A stretch of DNA of 53,150 nt, taken from positions 1 through 53,150 of the IMG/VR virus record IMGVR_UViG_3300025769_000161; one strand, written 5' to 3'. Made by a program: the position numbers and the translations under genes. This document shows, in pieces, positions 7,745 to 26,366 of the stretch; within the stretch, counting starts at the first letter, position 1, and each line of letters starts with the position of its first letter. The stretch comes from a virus (lineage: Duplodnaviria; Caudoviricetes). Below the pieces are notes generated by a model. That model was not told the origin of the DNA. It ran no database searches and saw only the letters and a program-made list of their open reading frames with translations.

Positions 7745-9839
7745 CGTTATTCGGCTGGACAGTTCAGGTGAGCAAGGAGAAGTTATTTCGCTCCACGGTC
7801 TTGACATTGCTCTTCCGAAAGTTCCAAAGAGACCAGACATTCTATTCCACGACTTACCTAAAAGAATGCAGATGTGGCGCCGCACCGATGTGCCACAGGA
7901 ACTGTCGAGGATTAGAAGTATGGATGAGTGGTTCGAGAAACCAGCCGAGTTTCGACGTGCCTTTTCTCCTTTCATCGAGCAGGAGTTTGAGCGCAGGCGT
8001 AACGGTGTTTGGTTTTACAACAATGGTGTGCCTACGTACATTACGGGGCGACACTATATGTTCCTCCAGTGGAGCAAAATCGATATCGGATATCCTTCGT
8101 ATCTTGCGTTCCAACGTGAGATCTTTCTTCACATGGCTGCGTGCGAAGCTGATCCCCGTTGTATCGGTCAGCTATATACTAAGTGTCGCCGTTCTGGCTA
8201 TACTAATATCTGTGCCGCTGTACTTGTTGACGAAGCTACGCAAGTAAAAGACAAGCTCCTAGGAATCCAGTCCAAGACTGGTAAAGACTCCCAGGAGAAC
8301 ATATTCATGAAGAAGGTAATACCGATGTTTCGGAGCTACCCATTCTTCTTTAAACCTATACAGGATGGAACGACGAACCCACGTATGGAACTCGCTTTTC
8401 GGGAACCATCGAAACGAATCACCAAGAAAAATAAGACGTCACAGAAGGGTGACGCCCTCAACACCATCATCAACTGGAAAAACACCACCAACAACGCCTA
8501 TGACGGAGAAAAGCTACACATGCTCTACCTCGACGAGGCGGGTAAGTGGGAGAAGCCAGTCGACATCAGGGAAGCCTGGAGGATTGAGCGAACTTGTCTC
8601 ATCGTTGGTAAGAAAGTAATCGGTAAGGCCCTGGTGGGCTCCACCGTAAACCCAATGGACAAAGGCGGTGAAGAGTACAAGAACCTCTGGGAAGATTCAG
8701 ACCCTGCTGAAAGGAATGCCAACGGAAGGACCAGGAGCGGCCTTTACCGTATTTTTATACCTGCTGATCACGCTCTTGAAGGTTTTTTTGATCTGTACGG
8801 CAACCCTGTTGTGGATGATCCTGATGCTGAGATAGAAGGCGTAGACGGGGAGATGATCGATCAGGGCAGTAAGACCTACCTAAAAAACGAGAGAGACAGC
8901 CTCAAGCACGACCCTTCTGAACTAAACGAGATCATACGTCAATTCCCTCTAACTGAAGACGAGGCATTTCGTGACAGCATCGAAGGCAGCATATTTAACA
9001 TCGGAAAGATTTATCAGCAGATAGACTGGAACAGCAACATGTTCCCCGACCCTGTCGTGACGGGTAATTTTATCTGGAAAGTAAAAGACAAGGAAGTTGT
9101 ATTTTCTCCAGACCCAAAGGGTAGGTTCAAGGTGTCTTGGATGCCGCCGAAAGACAGGAGGAATATATCCAGGAACGAAAGAGGGAAGAGAGTTGCTCCG
9201 TTTTCAAACTTCGGATGTGGTGGGGTTGACTCCTACGATCTTGACGAGACTGTTGATGGCAGGGGTTCTAAGGGGGCTCTGCATCTATACAATAAGTTTA
9301 ATATGAACGACGACATACCCAGCAACATGTTTGTATTGGAGTATGCGTCACGTCCAGATCTAGCCAGCATATTTTACGAGGATGTCTTGATGGCAGCCTT
9401 TTACTACGGCTACCCGCTCTTGATCGAGAATAACAAGTACGGTATTGTAAGGTACTTTGAGAAGAGGGGTTATGACGGATACGTGCTAGATAGGCCCAAG
9501 CATCTCACGCCGCCTGGGGCGAGGGTGAACGTCAAGACAAAGGGGATACCATCTACGTCCCAAGACGTCATACAGGCTCACGCTCACGCGATTGAAGCGT
9601 ACATCCACAACCATGTTGGAATAAAGCCAGATACCGCTGACTTCGGTAACATGTATTTTAACAGGACTCTAGAGGACTGGATAGGGTACAAGATCACGAA
9701 TAGGACAAAATATGACTTGACTATTAGTTCTGGCCTTGCCCTTCTCGCAGCTCAAAAAGTAAAGCAAGAAAGAAAAGAGTCAAACTTCGAGGGCAAGAGG
9801 TTCTTCAGGAAGACAAAGCCAAAAGAATGGCACCGTTAA
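7728..9839 (+). CDS. terL: terminase large subunit
   Basis: Walker A-like KCRRSGYT, Walker B LYLDEAGK, motif III GST, RNase H-like GVDSYD; upstream of portal; start taken as ATG 7728. Confidence 0.92.
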   Translation: MDKSDDVIRLDSSGEQGEVISLHGLDIALPKVPKRPDILFHDLPKRMQMWRRTDVPQELSRIRSMDEWFEKPAEFRRAFSPFIEQEFERRRNGVWFYNNGVPTYITGRHYMFLQWSKIDIGYPSYLAFQREIFLHMAACEADPRCIGQLYTKCRRSGYTNICAAVLVDEATQVKDKLLGIQSKTGKDSQENIFMKKVIPMFRSYPFFFKPIQDGTTNPRMELAFREPSKRITKKNKTSQKGDALNTIINWKNTTNNAYDGEKLHMLYLDEAGKWEKPVDIREAWRIERTCLIVGKKVIGKALVGSTVNPMDKGGEEYKNLWEDSDPAERNANGRTRSGLYRIFIPADHALEGFFDLYGNPVVDDPDAEIEGVDGEMIDQGSKTYLKNERDSLKHDPSELNEIIRQFPLTEDEAFRDSIEGSIFNIGKIYQQIDWNSNMFPDPVVTGNFIWKVKDKEVVFSPDPKGRFKVSWMPPKDRRNISRNERGKRVAPFSNFGCGGVDSYDLDETVDGRGSKGALHLYNKFNMNDDIPSNMFVLEYASRPDLASIFYEDVLMAAFYYGYPLLIENNKYGIVRYFEKRGYDGYVLDRPKHLTPPGARVNVKTKGIPSTSQDVIQAHAHAIEAYIHNHVGIKPDTADFGNMYFNRTLEDWIGYKITNRTKYDLTISSGLALLAAQKVKQERKESNFEGKRFFRKTKPKEWHR

Positions 9840-9845
9840 GTTTGT

Positions 9846-9853
9846 TATATTTG
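9846..9853 (+). promoter_or_regulatory. -7 element TATATTTG, 7 nt before portal ATG
   Basis: tgttatatttgcggttagATG. Confidence 0.65.
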
Positions 9854-9860
9854 CGGTTAG

Positions 9861-12350
9861 ATGTACGGCAAGCAAGGCAAGAACAGTATTGGCTTTCCAG
9901 ACCCTCTGGCTTCAAGGGAGCAGAAAGAAAGTGAGAAGTACGGCCTTTCGTATGCAAAGGCAATTTCATCTCAGTGGGGAGCTATCGAGCGAGATAATTC
10001 GCTTTACAAGAAAAGGGCCACTACGTTTGAGAGAAACAGGGCATACGCAAACGGAACCCAGGATACCAGCATTTACAGGCAGTTGCTGAACAGCCTCGAC
10101 CCTAGTAACGCTGACGGAAGCTTCTTGAACCTGGACTTCACCCCCGTGCCTATCCTTCCTAAGTTCGTTAGGATTGTGGTGAACAAGATACTATCAAGTG
10201 ATCCGTACCCAAACCTTGAGGCAGTCGATCCAATATCCTCTAGCGAAAAAGATGCGGAGAGGAGGAAGGTTAAGATGATGGTCCAGAACAAGGACAAGAT
10301 CGCTAAGGTTCAAGAGAAAATTGGTCGTGATATATCTGGAGGCAAGGAGATACCAGAGACTCTTGAGGAGGCAGAAATTTTCTTAGAGACCAACATCAAG
10401 ACAGCTGGCGAGGTCGCGGCTCAGGTTGCAACCAACATGACACTGAAGTGGAATGACTTCAATGATTCCATATACAGGAGGTGTGTCAATGACGTGACCA
10501 CGCTTGGTATGGCTGTGACAAAAAGAACAAACGACCCCAACTACGGAATCAAGATTGAGTACGTAGATCCGAAGAACTTTGTTCATAGCTACACCGAAGA
10601 CCCAAACTTTGGGGACATTGTGTATGCTGGTCATGTGAAAAGAATTTCTCTTCAGGAACTAAAGAGGATTGCTGGGGACCAGTTCACTGACGACGAGTAC
10701 GAGAAGATTGCAAACCAGGTCGCAAAGAGATACTCTTACGACATGTCGACTCCAAGGTCTTACGCAAACGACAATTCTTTTGGGAACAACCGTGGTGCAT
10801 ACGATCAGTACATGGTGGACGTCATGGATTTCGAGTTCTTGAGTCTTGATTGCATGACTTTCGAGCAGAAGGACAATAAGTACGGGAACACTGGCTTTTA
10901 TTACAAGGGCGAGAACTATAAGGCTCCGACCAACTCTGTATATAACAGGAGTGTCACCAAGATGCACAACGTTACGGTGTACGGTGGGTGTTACGTAATG
11001 GGGTGTGACAAGATATTCAACTATGGTATAAAGAAGAATCTTCCGAAGAACATGCATGACCTGACTAGGACCACGATGTCCTACTCGGTTGTTGCAACAA
11101 ACCTTCAAGGAAACATACCTAAGTCTATGGTTGACAGCTGCATAGGTTTCGCAGACCAGTTGCAGCTTACACACCTGAAGATACAGCAGGCAATCGCAAA
11201 AGCAAAGCCAGATGGTATCATCATTGATATCGAGGGCTTGGAAAATGTTCAGCTCGGCAAAGGCGGCGAACTCCAACCTCTCGATCTCCACGACATCTAC
11301 GAACAGACAGGTGTCTTCTACTACCGTAGCAAGAATCCCGAAGGCGGTTTCCAAAACCCTCCCATCAGGGAAATCGGTAACAACATACGGAACATCAATG
11401 AGTTCATCAACCTTTACAACCACTACCTGAGGCTGATTAGAGATGCCACGGGAATCAACGAGGCTATGGACGCCTCTACACCGAAGGGTGATCAACTGGT
11501 TGGAGTTAGACAACAAGCTATTGCTGCTGGCAACAACGCCATCTACGACATCACGAACTCCTCGATGGTTCTGTTCAAAAAGGTGTGCGCTGACATCGTT
11601 AAATGCATTCAGGTAATCCCGAAGAACAGCATCCTGTACAGGGCCTATGAGAACGCTATTGGAAAAGAGAACTCCGACATCATAACCACCTTTCACGACC
11701 TGCCTCTTTACAATTTCGGGGTGCATGTGGTAAAGGAAATGGAAGAGATAGAGAAACAGTATCTGGAGCAAAACATTCAGGCCTCTATCGCGCAAAAGGA
11801 ACTAGACATTGAGGATGCTATTGCAATCAGGCAGCTGAAGGACGTGAATCAAGCCGAGAGGCTTTTGATCGTCAGGCGGAAGAAGCGTATGGCTAGAAAC
11901 CAGCAGATGGCCCAGCAAGGTGCCCAAGCCCAGGCTCAAGCTCAAGCTCAGTCCGCTCAGGCGGCGTCTCAGGCTAGACAGCAGGAGATGCAGATGCAGG
12001 CTCAGATTGACGCCCAAACCATGCAGATGAAGGTTCAGCTTGAGATGGAGATGGAGAAGCTCAAGCACGAGCACAAAAAGGAGATCGAAACCATCAAGGC
12101 TGAGGCAGTTCTCGGTATCAAGACGGACGACAGGGAGTACAGAGAAAAGCTTGAAGTCTTTAAGGAAGACAGAAAAGACGAGAGGGTTAAGAAGCAAACC
12201 TCTGATCAGAGTAAGTTGATCTCACAGAGGCAGGGTCAAAGAGACGAAATCTCTGAACCTGAAACCACTGCCCAACCCCCTATGTCTCAAGGGCAGATGG
12301 CTCAACAAAAAACTATACAAGAAAAATTTGGAATAAATGGGCAGCAGTAA
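9861..12350 (+). CDS. portal protein
   Basis: 829 aa after terL; PILPKFVRIVVN, TGINEAMD motifs; Q-rich C-terminal coiled coil (barrel). Confidence 0.85.
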   Translation: MYGKQGKNSIGFPDPLASREQKESEKYGLSYAKAISSQWGAIERDNSLYKKRATTFERNRAYANGTQDTSIYRQLLNSLDPSNADGSFLNLDFTPVPILPKFVRIVVNKILSSDPYPNLEAVDPISSSEKDAERRKVKMMVQNKDKIAKVQEKIGRDISGGKEIPETLEEAEIFLETNIKTAGEVAAQVATNMTLKWNDFNDSIYRRCVNDVTTLGMAVTKRTNDPNYGIKIEYVDPKNFVHSYTEDPNFGDIVYAGHVKRISLQELKRIAGDQFTDDEYEKIANQVAKRYSYDMSTPRSYANDNSFGNNRGAYDQYMVDVMDFEFLSLDCMTFEQKDNKYGNTGFYYKGENYKAPTNSVYNRSVTKMHNVTVYGGCYVMGCDKIFNYGIKKNLPKNMHDLTRTTMSYSVVATNLQGNIPKSMVDSCIGFADQLQLTHLKIQQAIAKAKPDGIIIDIEGLENVQLGKGGELQPLDLHDIYEQTGVFYYRSKNPEGGFQNPPIREIGNNIRNINEFINLYNHYLRLIRDATGINEAMDASTPKGDQLVGVRQQAIAAGNNAIYDITNSSMVLFKKVCADIVKCIQVIPKNSILYRAYENAIGKENSDIITTFHDLPLYNFGVHVVKEMEEIEKQYLEQNIQASIAQKELDIEDAIAIRQLKDVNQAERLLIVRRKKRMARNQQMAQQGAQAQAQAQAQSAQAASQARQQEMQMQAQIDAQTMQMKVQLEMEMEKLKHEHKKEIETIKAEAVLGIKTDDREYREKLEVFKEDRKDERVKKQTSDQSKLISQRQGQRDEISEPETTAQPPMSQGQMAQQKTIQEKFGINGQQ

Positions 12351-12726
12351 GACAACGGTAAATCTAGACACCGCAGCCAGACTGGACATCATTTGCAGGA
12401 AGGGGGACACCTTTTCCCTGGCCTTGGATTTTGAGAAAGAAGATGGAGCGGGGGGGACGGCTGGCGCCGCCACCGAGTGGGACATGGACGTGAGGGAAAC
12501 AGATACTTCTGATACCGCCATAATTGAAGACACGTCTTTTACTTACACGGTTTCTAACGGAAAAAAGACCAACTCCAAGCTTACCATAGTGGCAAGTGCG
12601 GCTACAATGGCTGCAATATCCTCTGGGCTGTACGTTTACGACCTTCAAAGAACAACGACAGGAAGTGTAGTGAAGACCCATCTTTACGGGACCTTCAAGG
12701 TAAATGAAGACGTAACTCTGGTTTGA
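12337..12726 (+). CDS. BppU-N-like fibre adaptor protein
   Basis: I.RKGDTF...YVYDLQ...GTFKVNEDVT pattern, precedes fibre genes. Confidence 0.55.
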   Translation: MGSSKTTVNLDTAARLDIICRKGDTFSLALDFEKEDGAGGTAGAATEWDMDVRETDTSDTAIIEDTSFTYTVSNGKKTNSKLTIVASAATMAAISSGLYVYDLQRTTTGSVVKTHLYGTFKVNEDVTLV

Positions 12727-12729
12727 TAT

Positions 12730-20971
<8,242 letters not shown>

Positions 20972-20972
<1 letters not shown>

Positions 20973-21097
20973 TGAAACCACCTGAAACACCTATAACTCA
21001 GCTTGACTCAAGAGCAACGACTGAGGATATCATCAATAAGATAAACGAGATAATCAATAACATCAACGAGATGTGGACTCAAAATGAACCTGCTTAA
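20972..21097 (+). CDS. small protein (41 aa, MKPPETP...IINKINEIINNIN)
   Basis: TAATG coupling; amphipathic heptad pattern; hand-translated. Confidence 0.6.
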
Positions 21098-21104
21098 TTG
21101 TAAC

Positions 21105-21112
21105 TATATTTG
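21105..21112 (+). promoter_or_regulatory. -7 element TATATTTG, 4 nt before ATG 21117
   Basis: aactatatttgctaaATG. Confidence 0.7.
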
Positions 21113-21116
21113 CTAA

Positions 21117-21419
21117 ATGTCAGAAACATTGACTAATAGGATTAGGAGACTTCTGAAAAAGCACGGTCTATCTGGGGTTAACAAGCCTAAGAGGACTCCT
21201 TCGCACCCTAGAAAGTCTCACATAGTTCTGGCAAAAGAAGGGAACAAAGTAAAACTCATCAGGTTTGGGGAGCAAGGGGCCAAAACGGCTGGAGCTCCAA
21301 AAGCTGGGGAGAGTAACGCGATGAAAAAGAAGAGGGCGAAGTTTAAGAGTCGTCACGCTAGAAACATAAAGAGGGGCAAGATGAGTGCCGCTTACTGGGC
21401 AGATAAAGCAAAATGGTAA
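21117..21419 (+). CDS. basic phage protein (NKPKRTPSHP...SAAYWADKAKW)
   Basis: Motif resembles a protein family common in aquatic phages (from recall). Confidence 0.75.
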   Translation: MSETLTNRIRRLLKKHGLSGVNKPKRTPSHPRKSHIVLAKEGNKVKLIRFGEQGAKTAGAPKAGESNAMKKKRAKFKSRHARNIKRGKMSAAYWADKAKW

Positions 21420-21643
21420 ACGCAATAGTTACATCGGTAGACGCCTTAACTCAGTTCGAGTTGTTGGCGATAGTGGGGTCCCTGATAGGGATGTGGATTA
21501 AGTTTCAGACGGACTATACGACCCTGAAGGCCAGGGTACACGCCCTAGAAAATGACAACGGAGAATTGAAGCAAAACATAAAACAGCTTCTTGAAGATAT
21601 ACAGGAGATCAAACTCCTTCTCGCTAAAAACAAAGTAGTATGA
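21413..21643 (+). CDS. single-TM plus coiled-coil protein (holin/XhlA-like)
   Basis: Hydrophobic segment then heptads. Confidence 0.55.
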   Translation: MVNAIVTSVDALTQFELLAIVGSLIGMWIKFQTDYTTLKARVHALENDNGELKQNIKQLLEDIQEIKLLLAKNKVV

Positions 21644-21897
21644 ACAACACTAGCCAAGTCGCATTCGGTCAGATCGGAAGTGCGCTCACAACAACATCCG
21701 CCGTGGCCGCTCCTTCTGGTAAGTCCATTGTGGCAATCACGGTTCTCGCGGATTCTCAGACTGTAACCGCTTCGTCAGAAGACACAGAACTGTGTCCTGA
21801 TCTTGCCATCGCAATACCTTCGGGTGTTACGGTTTACGGCAGGTACTCTGATATAAAGACCACCAGCGCCAACGGGGCTATCTACTACTTCGGCTGA
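21640..21897 (+). CDS. small beta-rich putative structural protein
   Basis: AFGQIGS...IPSGVTVYGR; ATGA coupling. Confidence 0.6.
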   Translation: MNNTSQVAFGQIGSALTTTSAVAAPSGKSIVAITVLADSQTVTASSEDTELCPDLAIAIPSGVTVYGRYSDIKTTSANGAIYYFG

Positions 21898-22082
21898 TGA
21901 AAGCCGTAAAGAATAAGAAGGAGTCAAAGCTAAAGGTGCTCAACAAAAAGGTGAGCATTGAGCCACCTAAGGGGTATCACTGGATGGAAGAATCTGGTCG
22001 TTACTACCTTATGGAGGGGGATTACAAGCCTCACCCTGGGGCCGTAGCTAAGGCGTCATTTAAAACGGTCTCACATGGCTAA
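21897..22082 (+). CDS. hypothetical protein (PPKGYHWM)
   Basis: Coupled ORF. Confidence 0.65.
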   Translation: MKAVKNKKESKLKVLNKKVSIEPPKGYHWMEESGRYYLMEGDYKPHPGAVAKASFKTVSHG

Positions 22083-22467
22083 GACGGCAAAGAAGTCAAA
22101 TCCCGCCCTTTGGAAGCGGATTGTGGCTGCCGTAAAAGCTGGTAGCCAGGGTGGACGACCTGGGCAGTGGTCTGCGCGTAAAGCTCAGATCGCTACAGCT
22201 AGATACAAGAAGTCTGGAGGTAGGTACAAAGGAAAGAAGTCTAAGAGTAACAGCCTCTCCAAGTGGAGTAAGCAGAAGTGGCGTACCTCAGACGGAAGCA
22301 AGTCTGGAGGCAAAAAAAGATACTTGCCAGACAAGGCATGGAAAAGCCTGTCTAAATCGGAGAAGGCAGCTACGAATAGAGCCAAGGCTAGAGGCAACGC
22401 CAAAGGCAAGCAATTTGTTAAACAGCCAAAGAGAATCGCAAAGAAGGTGGCCAAATACCGTAAGTAA
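22075..22467 (+). CDS. basic protein, DUF5872-like
   Basis: GQWSARKAQ, LSKWSKQKW, RYLP motifs. Confidence 0.65.
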   Translation: MAKTAKKSNPALWKRIVAAVKAGSQGGRPGQWSARKAQIATARYKKSGGRYKGKKSKSNSLSKWSKQKWRTSDGSKSGGKKRYLPDKAWKSLSKSEKAATNRAKARGNAKGKQFVKQPKRIAKKVAKYRK

Positions 22468-22475
22468 TTTGTGTT

Positions 22476-22483
22476 TACATTTG
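22476..22483 (+). promoter_or_regulatory. -7 element TACATTTG for the scaffold/capsid operon (leadered)
   Basis: 15 nt AT-rich spacer to ATG 22499. Confidence 0.55.
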
Positions 22484-22498
22484 TGGAAAATTTAATTT

Positions 22499-23557
22499 AT
22501 GGAAGAGAATACTAATCCAGAAGTGCAGGAAAATCAGGACACGAGCTGGTCTTTCGTAGAAGAAAGCGAGGTCTTGGCCGCACAACAGGAAGAGCAACCA
22601 CAGGGGGACGTCAGGGTCGAAATGACTGAAGAGGTTCCAACTGAGGAAGGCCACTCAACGGAGGAGGTCTATACAGAAGATAACGAAGATTACGAGCAAG
22701 GGGACGTAGAGGGGGCTGTGTTTGAATACCTGAGCGAAAGGCTGGGTTACAACGTAGAGTCTATCGACGACCTCATGCAAGTAGAGCAACAGCAGCAGCA
22801 AACAGAGCTTGACGAAAGGATTGAGGTAATTATGGACTTTGTCGAAGAGACGGGTCGAGATCCTCAAGACTGGTTCATCTATCAGCAGCTTAACCCCTCC
22901 GAAATGGATGACGTTACTGCGATTCAGGTTCAACTGTCTAGTGATTATCCCAACCTTTCTCAGGAAGAGGTCATCACATTGATGAACAACAAGTACAAGC
23001 TCGATCCCGATCTGCACTCAGAAGAGGAGGTGAAAGTTTCGCAGCTGCAACTCAAGATCGACGCTCAAAACGCCAGAGGCAGCATTGACGAATTGCGACA
23101 GCGGTTCGCAGCACCCGAAGCGGTTGAGAGCGAAGGTTACGAGACCCCTTTCGACGACGAATGGTACAATGCCATGGAGTACGAGACGGGATCTCTCGAC
23201 GGCGTCCAGTTCGATCTGGGCAACGGACAGAGCTTCACGTTTGGGCTTAATGACAGGTACAGAAGTGAGCTCGTTGAAAAGAATTCTCGCCTTGACGAGT
23301 TCTTTGATCCCTACGTCCAACGGGATGGTAGCTGGGACTACGACAAGCTGAATGTTCACAGGGCTGTAATTGACAATATGGAACAGATTGTTCAGGCTGT
23401 ATATAAGCAGGGCATGAGTGACGGTCAAAGAGGCATTGTGAATCAAGCGGCTAACGTCGGTGTCCCGACTCCGAATCAAGGTGGACAAACCCAGGAAGAC
23501 AACCTGACAGCACAACTAAGACAAGCGCTGGGAGGGGACTCAACTTGGTCTTTTTAA
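22499..23557 (+). CDS. putative capsid scaffold protein
   Basis: Very acidic N-terminus, helical, immediately upstream of MCP. Confidence 0.65.
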   Translation: MEENTNPEVQENQDTSWSFVEESEVLAAQQEEQPQGDVRVEMTEEVPTEEGHSTEEVYTEDNEDYEQGDVEGAVFEYLSERLGYNVESIDDLMQVEQQQQQTELDERIEVIMDFVEETGRDPQDWFIYQQLNPSEMDDVTAIQVQLSSDYPNLSQEEVITLMNNKYKLDPDLHSEEEVKVSQLQLKIDAQNARGSIDELRQRFAAPEAVESEGYETPFDDEWYNAMEYETGSLDGVQFDLGNGQSFTFGLNDRYRSELVEKNSRLDEFFDPYVQRDGSWDYDKLNVHRAVIDNMEQIVQAVYKQGMSDGQRGIVNQAANVGVPTPNQGGQTQEDNLTAQLRQALGGDSTWSF

Positions 23558-23587
23558 CACAACAAAAAACCTTTTAGATAAAAAACT

Positions 23588-24985
23588 ATGGCGGCTATAG
23601 ACCCCACCCAAAATGCGTCAGACGTCAACTCTTTGTTGAAGACGTCTGCCGATAAGTATGTCTCCCTTGGGGAGCTTCTCGACTACAACAAGCCCGATAA
23701 CAGGGACTTGTTGGTTAAAACCTACGGTGATCAGGGCATCACTGGCTTTCTCCAGCTGACGGGTGCTACCCGTAGCGGCGGTACGAACGATGAAGTTCAG
23801 TACTGGGAGGAGGGCAGACTGCACAAGACTGTCGCGGTGACCAACATCGCAGCAGCCGATGCAGAATCCGATGTCTCCCTCACCGTGGCTTCTTACACGA
23901 ACGGTACCGACAACCCTGTCAGACTGAACGACATCCTCCTCACCCCTGGTGGTGACAGGCTGGTCGTTACTGGTTTGGCTGACGGATCTACCGTTACTTG
24001 CCGTTCTATGGACGGTAGCGCAGTCACTGTTGATGATACGGATCATAACCTTCCGATCATCGGTAACATCTACGCTCAGGGAACGGGACAGCCGTCTCAG
24101 TTCTTCCAGACGGATGTGACCAAGCGCACCAACCCGTACTTCATCACGAAGGAGACCTACCACGTTAATGGTTCTCAAGCCACTAACATCGGCTGGATCA
24201 ACATCGGCAACGGTGACTACAGATGGTACGTGAAGGGCGAGATGGACACGCGGAAGCGTTTCATGAACCAGCGTGAGATGATGATGCTGTTGAGCCAGAA
24301 GTGGGGTGAAGACCTCGGCAACGACAGCAATGACTCCATCGCTTTGGCTGGCGGAGAAAAGTCCGCTGGTTCTGAAGGTTACTTCGACGCTATCGAGCAC
24401 AGAGGTATCACGACGACTGGCACCTTCGGTGACGGCGCTGGTTTCGCTGACATTGACGAGATCATCTTCGAGCTCGACAAGCAAGGCGCACCTGCTGAGT
24501 ACGCCATGTACGTTGACACGGCTACGTCCTTGAAGATCGACGACATGCTTGCTGCTGGTATCGCTACCCAGACCACTGCTGGTCTGCCTGGTCAGTTCGG
24601 AGCCTTCCAGAACAGTGCCGACATGGCAGTTCAGCTTGGCTTCAAGAGCTTCTCCAGAGGTAGCTACACCTTCCACAAGCACGGTTGGAAGCTCCTGAGC
24701 GACCCGACTCTCCTCAACTCCTTCAACGCTGGTGAAAAGCCCTACCTCGGTGCTATGATCCCGATGACGCAGGTTACTGACGCCAAGACTGGCACGAAGG
24801 CCCCTGCCCTGGAGATGAACTTCAAGGAGACCAACGGTTACAGCAGAGAGCTGGAGCACTGGGTTGAAGGCGGTGGCGTTCTCGGATTCAAGACGAATGA
24901 CGAGGACTTGGCTAAGTTCCACTACCGTTCTGAGTGCAACTTGATCACTCGCGCTGCTAACCAGCACGTCCTGCTCAAGGCCTAA
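23588..24985 (+). CDS. major capsid protein
   Basis: 465 aa, YWEEGRLH, LGFKSFSRGSYTF; strong codon bias, A-rich leader, hairpin after; position. Confidence 0.85.
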   Translation: MAAIDPTQNASDVNSLLKTSADKYVSLGELLDYNKPDNRDLLVKTYGDQGITGFLQLTGATRSGGTNDEVQYWEEGRLHKTVAVTNIAAADAESDVSLTVASYTNGTDNPVRLNDILLTPGGDRLVVTGLADGSTVTCRSMDGSAVTVDDTDHNLPIIGNIYAQGTGQPSQFFQTDVTKRTNPYFITKETYHVNGSQATNIGWINIGNGDYRWYVKGEMDTRKRFMNQREMMMLLSQKWGEDLGNDSNDSIALAGGEKSAGSEGYFDAIEHRGITTTGTFGDGAGFADIDEIIFELDKQGAPAEYAMYVDTATSLKIDDMLAAGIATQTTAGLPGQFGAFQNSADMAVQLGFKSFSRGSYTFHKHGWKLLSDPTLLNSFNAGEKPYLGAMIPMTQVTDAKTGTKAPALEMNFKETNGYSRELEHWVEGGGVLGFKTNDEDLAKFHYRSECNLITRAANQHVLLKA

Positions 24986-24999
24986 TTAATCTGAAGTGA

Positions 25000-25025
25000 G
25001 GGGAGGGGGTTTCGGCCCTCTCCCT
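25000..25025 (+). terminator. hairpin after MCP (UUCG loop, weak U tail)
   Basis: GGGGAGGGGGT-TTCG-GCCCTCTCCCT. Confidence 0.65.
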
Positions 25026-25047
25026 AATCTTCGCAACACAACTAGAT

Positions 25048-25434
25048 ATGGCTGATAACCTGATCCCACTCATACCGCAGACTGCAAGCGCCACCATGAC
25101 GCTCACAATCGATGCGGCTGAAACCGCAAAAACGGTTGATGCTTTCGATATTGTCTCTGCAAAGCTTTTGATCGACGCTAACGGTGCTGATGCCGAACCG
25201 ACTTACACCGTTCCCGTGAACGCCGCTGTTGGTCAGATCGTCCACATCGACGTCACTAGCTTGAACACTGACACTGAGGCTGCTGCCGCTGTGGTTAAGC
25301 TGACCTACAAGGACGCGACCCTGACGTTTGACGCCGCTGGAGAAGAAGCTACGGTTATGTTTACCGAGCTCGGCGTGGTTGACGTTAGTGACCTCTTTAA
25401 CGGAACTGCTACCTCCGCTGGAGTTATTGCATAA
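25048..25434 (+). CDS. putative capsid decoration/auxiliary protein
   Basis: A/T/V-rich beta protein after MCP with similar codon bias. Confidence 0.55.
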   Translation: MADNLIPLIPQTASATMTLTIDAAETAKTVDAFDIVSAKLLIDANGADAEPTYTVPVNAAVGQIVHIDVTSLNTDTEAAAAVVKLTYKDATLTFDAAGEEATVMFTELGVVDVSDLFNGTATSAGVIA

Positions 25435-25448
25435 AACAACAGGTAACT

Positions 25449-25477
25449 GAGGGGGAGGAATCGCCTCCCTCTCTTTT
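25449..25477 (+). terminator. intrinsic terminator
   Basis: GAGGGGGAGG-AATCG-CCTCCCTCTC-TTTT. Confidence 0.75.
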
Positions 25478-25503
25478 ACCACTCACTTTTAAATTTTAAT
25501 TCA

Positions 25504-26316
25504 ATGCCTACTACAACCGCAAAGCGGGGACCTGGTCGTCCCCCTGCAAAAAAGACCGAACCAAAAAAGGAATCCCCAAAGAACATCATCAAGAGGGAGG
25601 TAAACCCAGTAAAGGCTTACGAGTACAAAACCATAAAGCCGATGGGTGCAACGTACATGATGCAGCAGAAAGGCATCACTGTGTATGACCCTGAGACCGA
25701 GATGGTCAGGGAGATTAGATACTGTCCAAACGAGAACAGCATTTGGAGGGATGATCAGTCCCCTGCCGCCAGAAGAGAAAGCATTGTCTTCCTTGAAGGT
25801 CGACACTTTGTCCCGTCAAACAAACCGAACCTCAAAGCCTTCTTGGATGCCCACCCAGGAAACAAGAAGAACGGAGGTAAGATCTTTGAAATGGTAGACA
25901 AGGAGAAGAAGGCAGAGATTAAGGTCGACACTGAGTTCTTGGTTGCTGATGCTGTCATGATGGTTAGGGATAAAGATCTCAACGACCTGCTTGCTGTGGC
26001 TGTCGCTCAAGGCATGAATGTCGACAGGCCAGTGAACGAGATTAAGCACGACCTACTCGTGTTTGCCAAGAAGAACCCAAAGAGGTTCATTGAGTCCTTC
26101 GACAACCCTGTCGTGGAAATGAAAGCCAAGATGAGGCAGGCAGAGAAGTTCCAGATCCTGAAGCTCGACCCAGACGGTGTTCGTTGGTTCGATACTGGGA
26201 AGCTGATTGTGTCTGTGCCAGCAGGAAAGAAGCCCCTTGACATACTCGTGAGGTATTGTCTTACTGAGGCCGCAGTTCCTGTTGTCGAAGAAATAGAAAA
26301 GCAACTGAATCGCTGA
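25504..26316 (+). CDS. phage protein downstream of capsid, with N-terminal AT-hook-like motif
   Basis: KRGPGRPPAK; REIRYCPNENSIW; position between capsid and ring genes. Confidence 0.7.
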   Translation: MPTTTAKRGPGRPPAKKTEPKKESPKNIIKREVNPVKAYEYKTIKPMGATYMMQQKGITVYDPETEMVREIRYCPNENSIWRDDQSPAARRESIVFLEGRHFVPSNKPNLKAFLDAHPGNKKNGGKIFEMVDKEKKAEIKVDTEFLVADAVMMVRDKDLNDLLAVAVAQGMNVDRPVNEIKHDLLVFAKKNPKRFIESFDNPVVEMKAKMRQAEKFQILKLDPDGVRWFDTGKLIVSVPAGKKPLDILVRYCLTEAAVPVVEEIEKQLNR

Positions 26317-26334
26317 TCAAAGCGCATACCACGG

Positions 26335-26365
26335 AAAGAGCCGCCTAGAGCGGCTTTTTCTTTTT
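26335..26365 (+). terminator. intrinsic terminator abutting next promoter
   Basis: AAAGAGCCGC-CTAGA-GCGGCTTTTT followed by CTTTTT. Confidence 0.75.
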
Positions 26366-26366
26366 G

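Noticed and set aside
7728-9839. Intein or intron in terminase, helicase or nrdJ
   Set aside because: Lengths are ordinary and no splice-junction or homing endonuclease motifs were seen
10659-11795. 378-aa antisense ORF within portal; similar ones at 38453-39469 and 48586-49629
   Set aside because: Antisense shadows of well-supported genes
23618-24967. 449-aa antisense ORF over the major capsid gene
   Set aside because: Mirror-frame shadow expected from strong codon bias; no recognisable protein features
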